Positions 25,488-25,674 of a stretch of DNA of 25,674 nucleotides are shown piece after piece. Position 1 is the first letter of the stretch, and every line of letters begins with the position of its first letter. Under the pieces are notes generated by a model that searched no databases, was not told the origin of the DNA, and was given only the letters and a program-made list of their open reading frames with translations. The position numbers and the translations under genes are program-made. Source of the stretch: Vicinamibacterales bacterium (GTDB taxonomy: Bacteria > Acidobacteriota > Vicinamibacteria > Vicinamibacterales > 2-12-FULL-66-21); assembly GCA_035620975.1 (NCBI GenBank), contig DASPFV010000150.1, forward strand, positions 1-25,674, in the 5' to 3' direction.

Positions 25488-25674
25488 CCGGGGGACTTCG
25501 TCCCCCGGACCCCCTTACACGGGCGCTCGCGGGGACCCCCTCCGCCCCGCGCCGCGCCCGTGGCTCACTCGCTCTCGCTCGTTCGCTCCCCACCCCGCCC
25601 CGCCTTCGTCCCCCGGACCCCCTTCCACGGGCGCTCGCGGGGACCCCCTCCGCCCCGCGCCGCGCCCGTGGCTC
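25488..25674. repeat. Direct repeat of a ~70-bp GC-rich element at a 108-bp period (25497-25567 and 25605-25674), each containing a 16-bp nested stem-loop. It lies upstream of glyS and is truncated by the window end.
   Basis: Seen directly. The two copies differ at a single position (A/C). There is an additional hairpin CCGGGGGA-CTTC-GTCCCCCGG at 25488-25508. Confidence 0.85.

Noticed and set aside
1-25674. tRNA, rRNA or other structured housekeeping RNA genes
   Set aside because: The intergenic spaces are short and are accounted for by promoters and repeats. By eye I saw no cloverleaf-compatible segment and no rRNA-like conserved stretch. I cannot exclude them without a tRNAscan or cmscan run.

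Overview
This is a high-GC (~68-70%) bacterial chromosomal window, probably Acidobacteriota-like, though that assignment is only an inference from gene content. Almost every gene is on the minus strand and genes are tightly packed. All features are supported only by ORF translations and motif reading; I could run no searches.

Genes I recognise from the translations, in order:
- a partial ORF at the left edge
- MlaE-like ABC transporter permease
- UvrB
- a small VOC/glyoxalase-family protein (plus strand)
- a secreted VWA-domain protein
- a DHH/DHHA1 phosphoesterase (plus strand)
- a PLP-dependent Cys/Met-metabolism enzyme
- a membrane patatin-like phospholipase
- GreA
- a TrmH/SpoU-family RNA methyltransferase and RarA (plus strand, ATGA overlap)
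- a membrane-anchored trypsin-like serine protease
- an NfeD-flotillin operon
- a 722-aa secreted protein with a CarboxypepD_reg-like domain and one CXXCH motif
- a tightly coupled glyS-ppdK-corA-mutL run

No rRNA, tRNA or CRISPR was seen.

I see no obvious defence or toxin gene cluster. The most unusual content is non-coding.

First, a dispersed repeat family built from CACGG-containing sub-units (core CCACGGAAGAACACGG / CCGTGTTCTTCCGTGG) occurs at five intergenic sites. One is a 130-bp tandem array in the greA/trmH divergent promoter. One forms a MITE-like ~310-bp inverted structure between the cytochrome-like gene and mutL. Two oppositely oriented copies flank a lower-GC VOC/glyoxalase gene, which looks like horizontally acquired cargo.

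Second, a different GC-rich nested-hairpin element is repeated at a 108-bp period upstream of glyS and is cut by the window end.

Third, PPDK has a 37-aa Lys/Arg-rich N-terminal extension.

Several very long plus-strand ORFs are antisense artefacts of GC3 codon bias.
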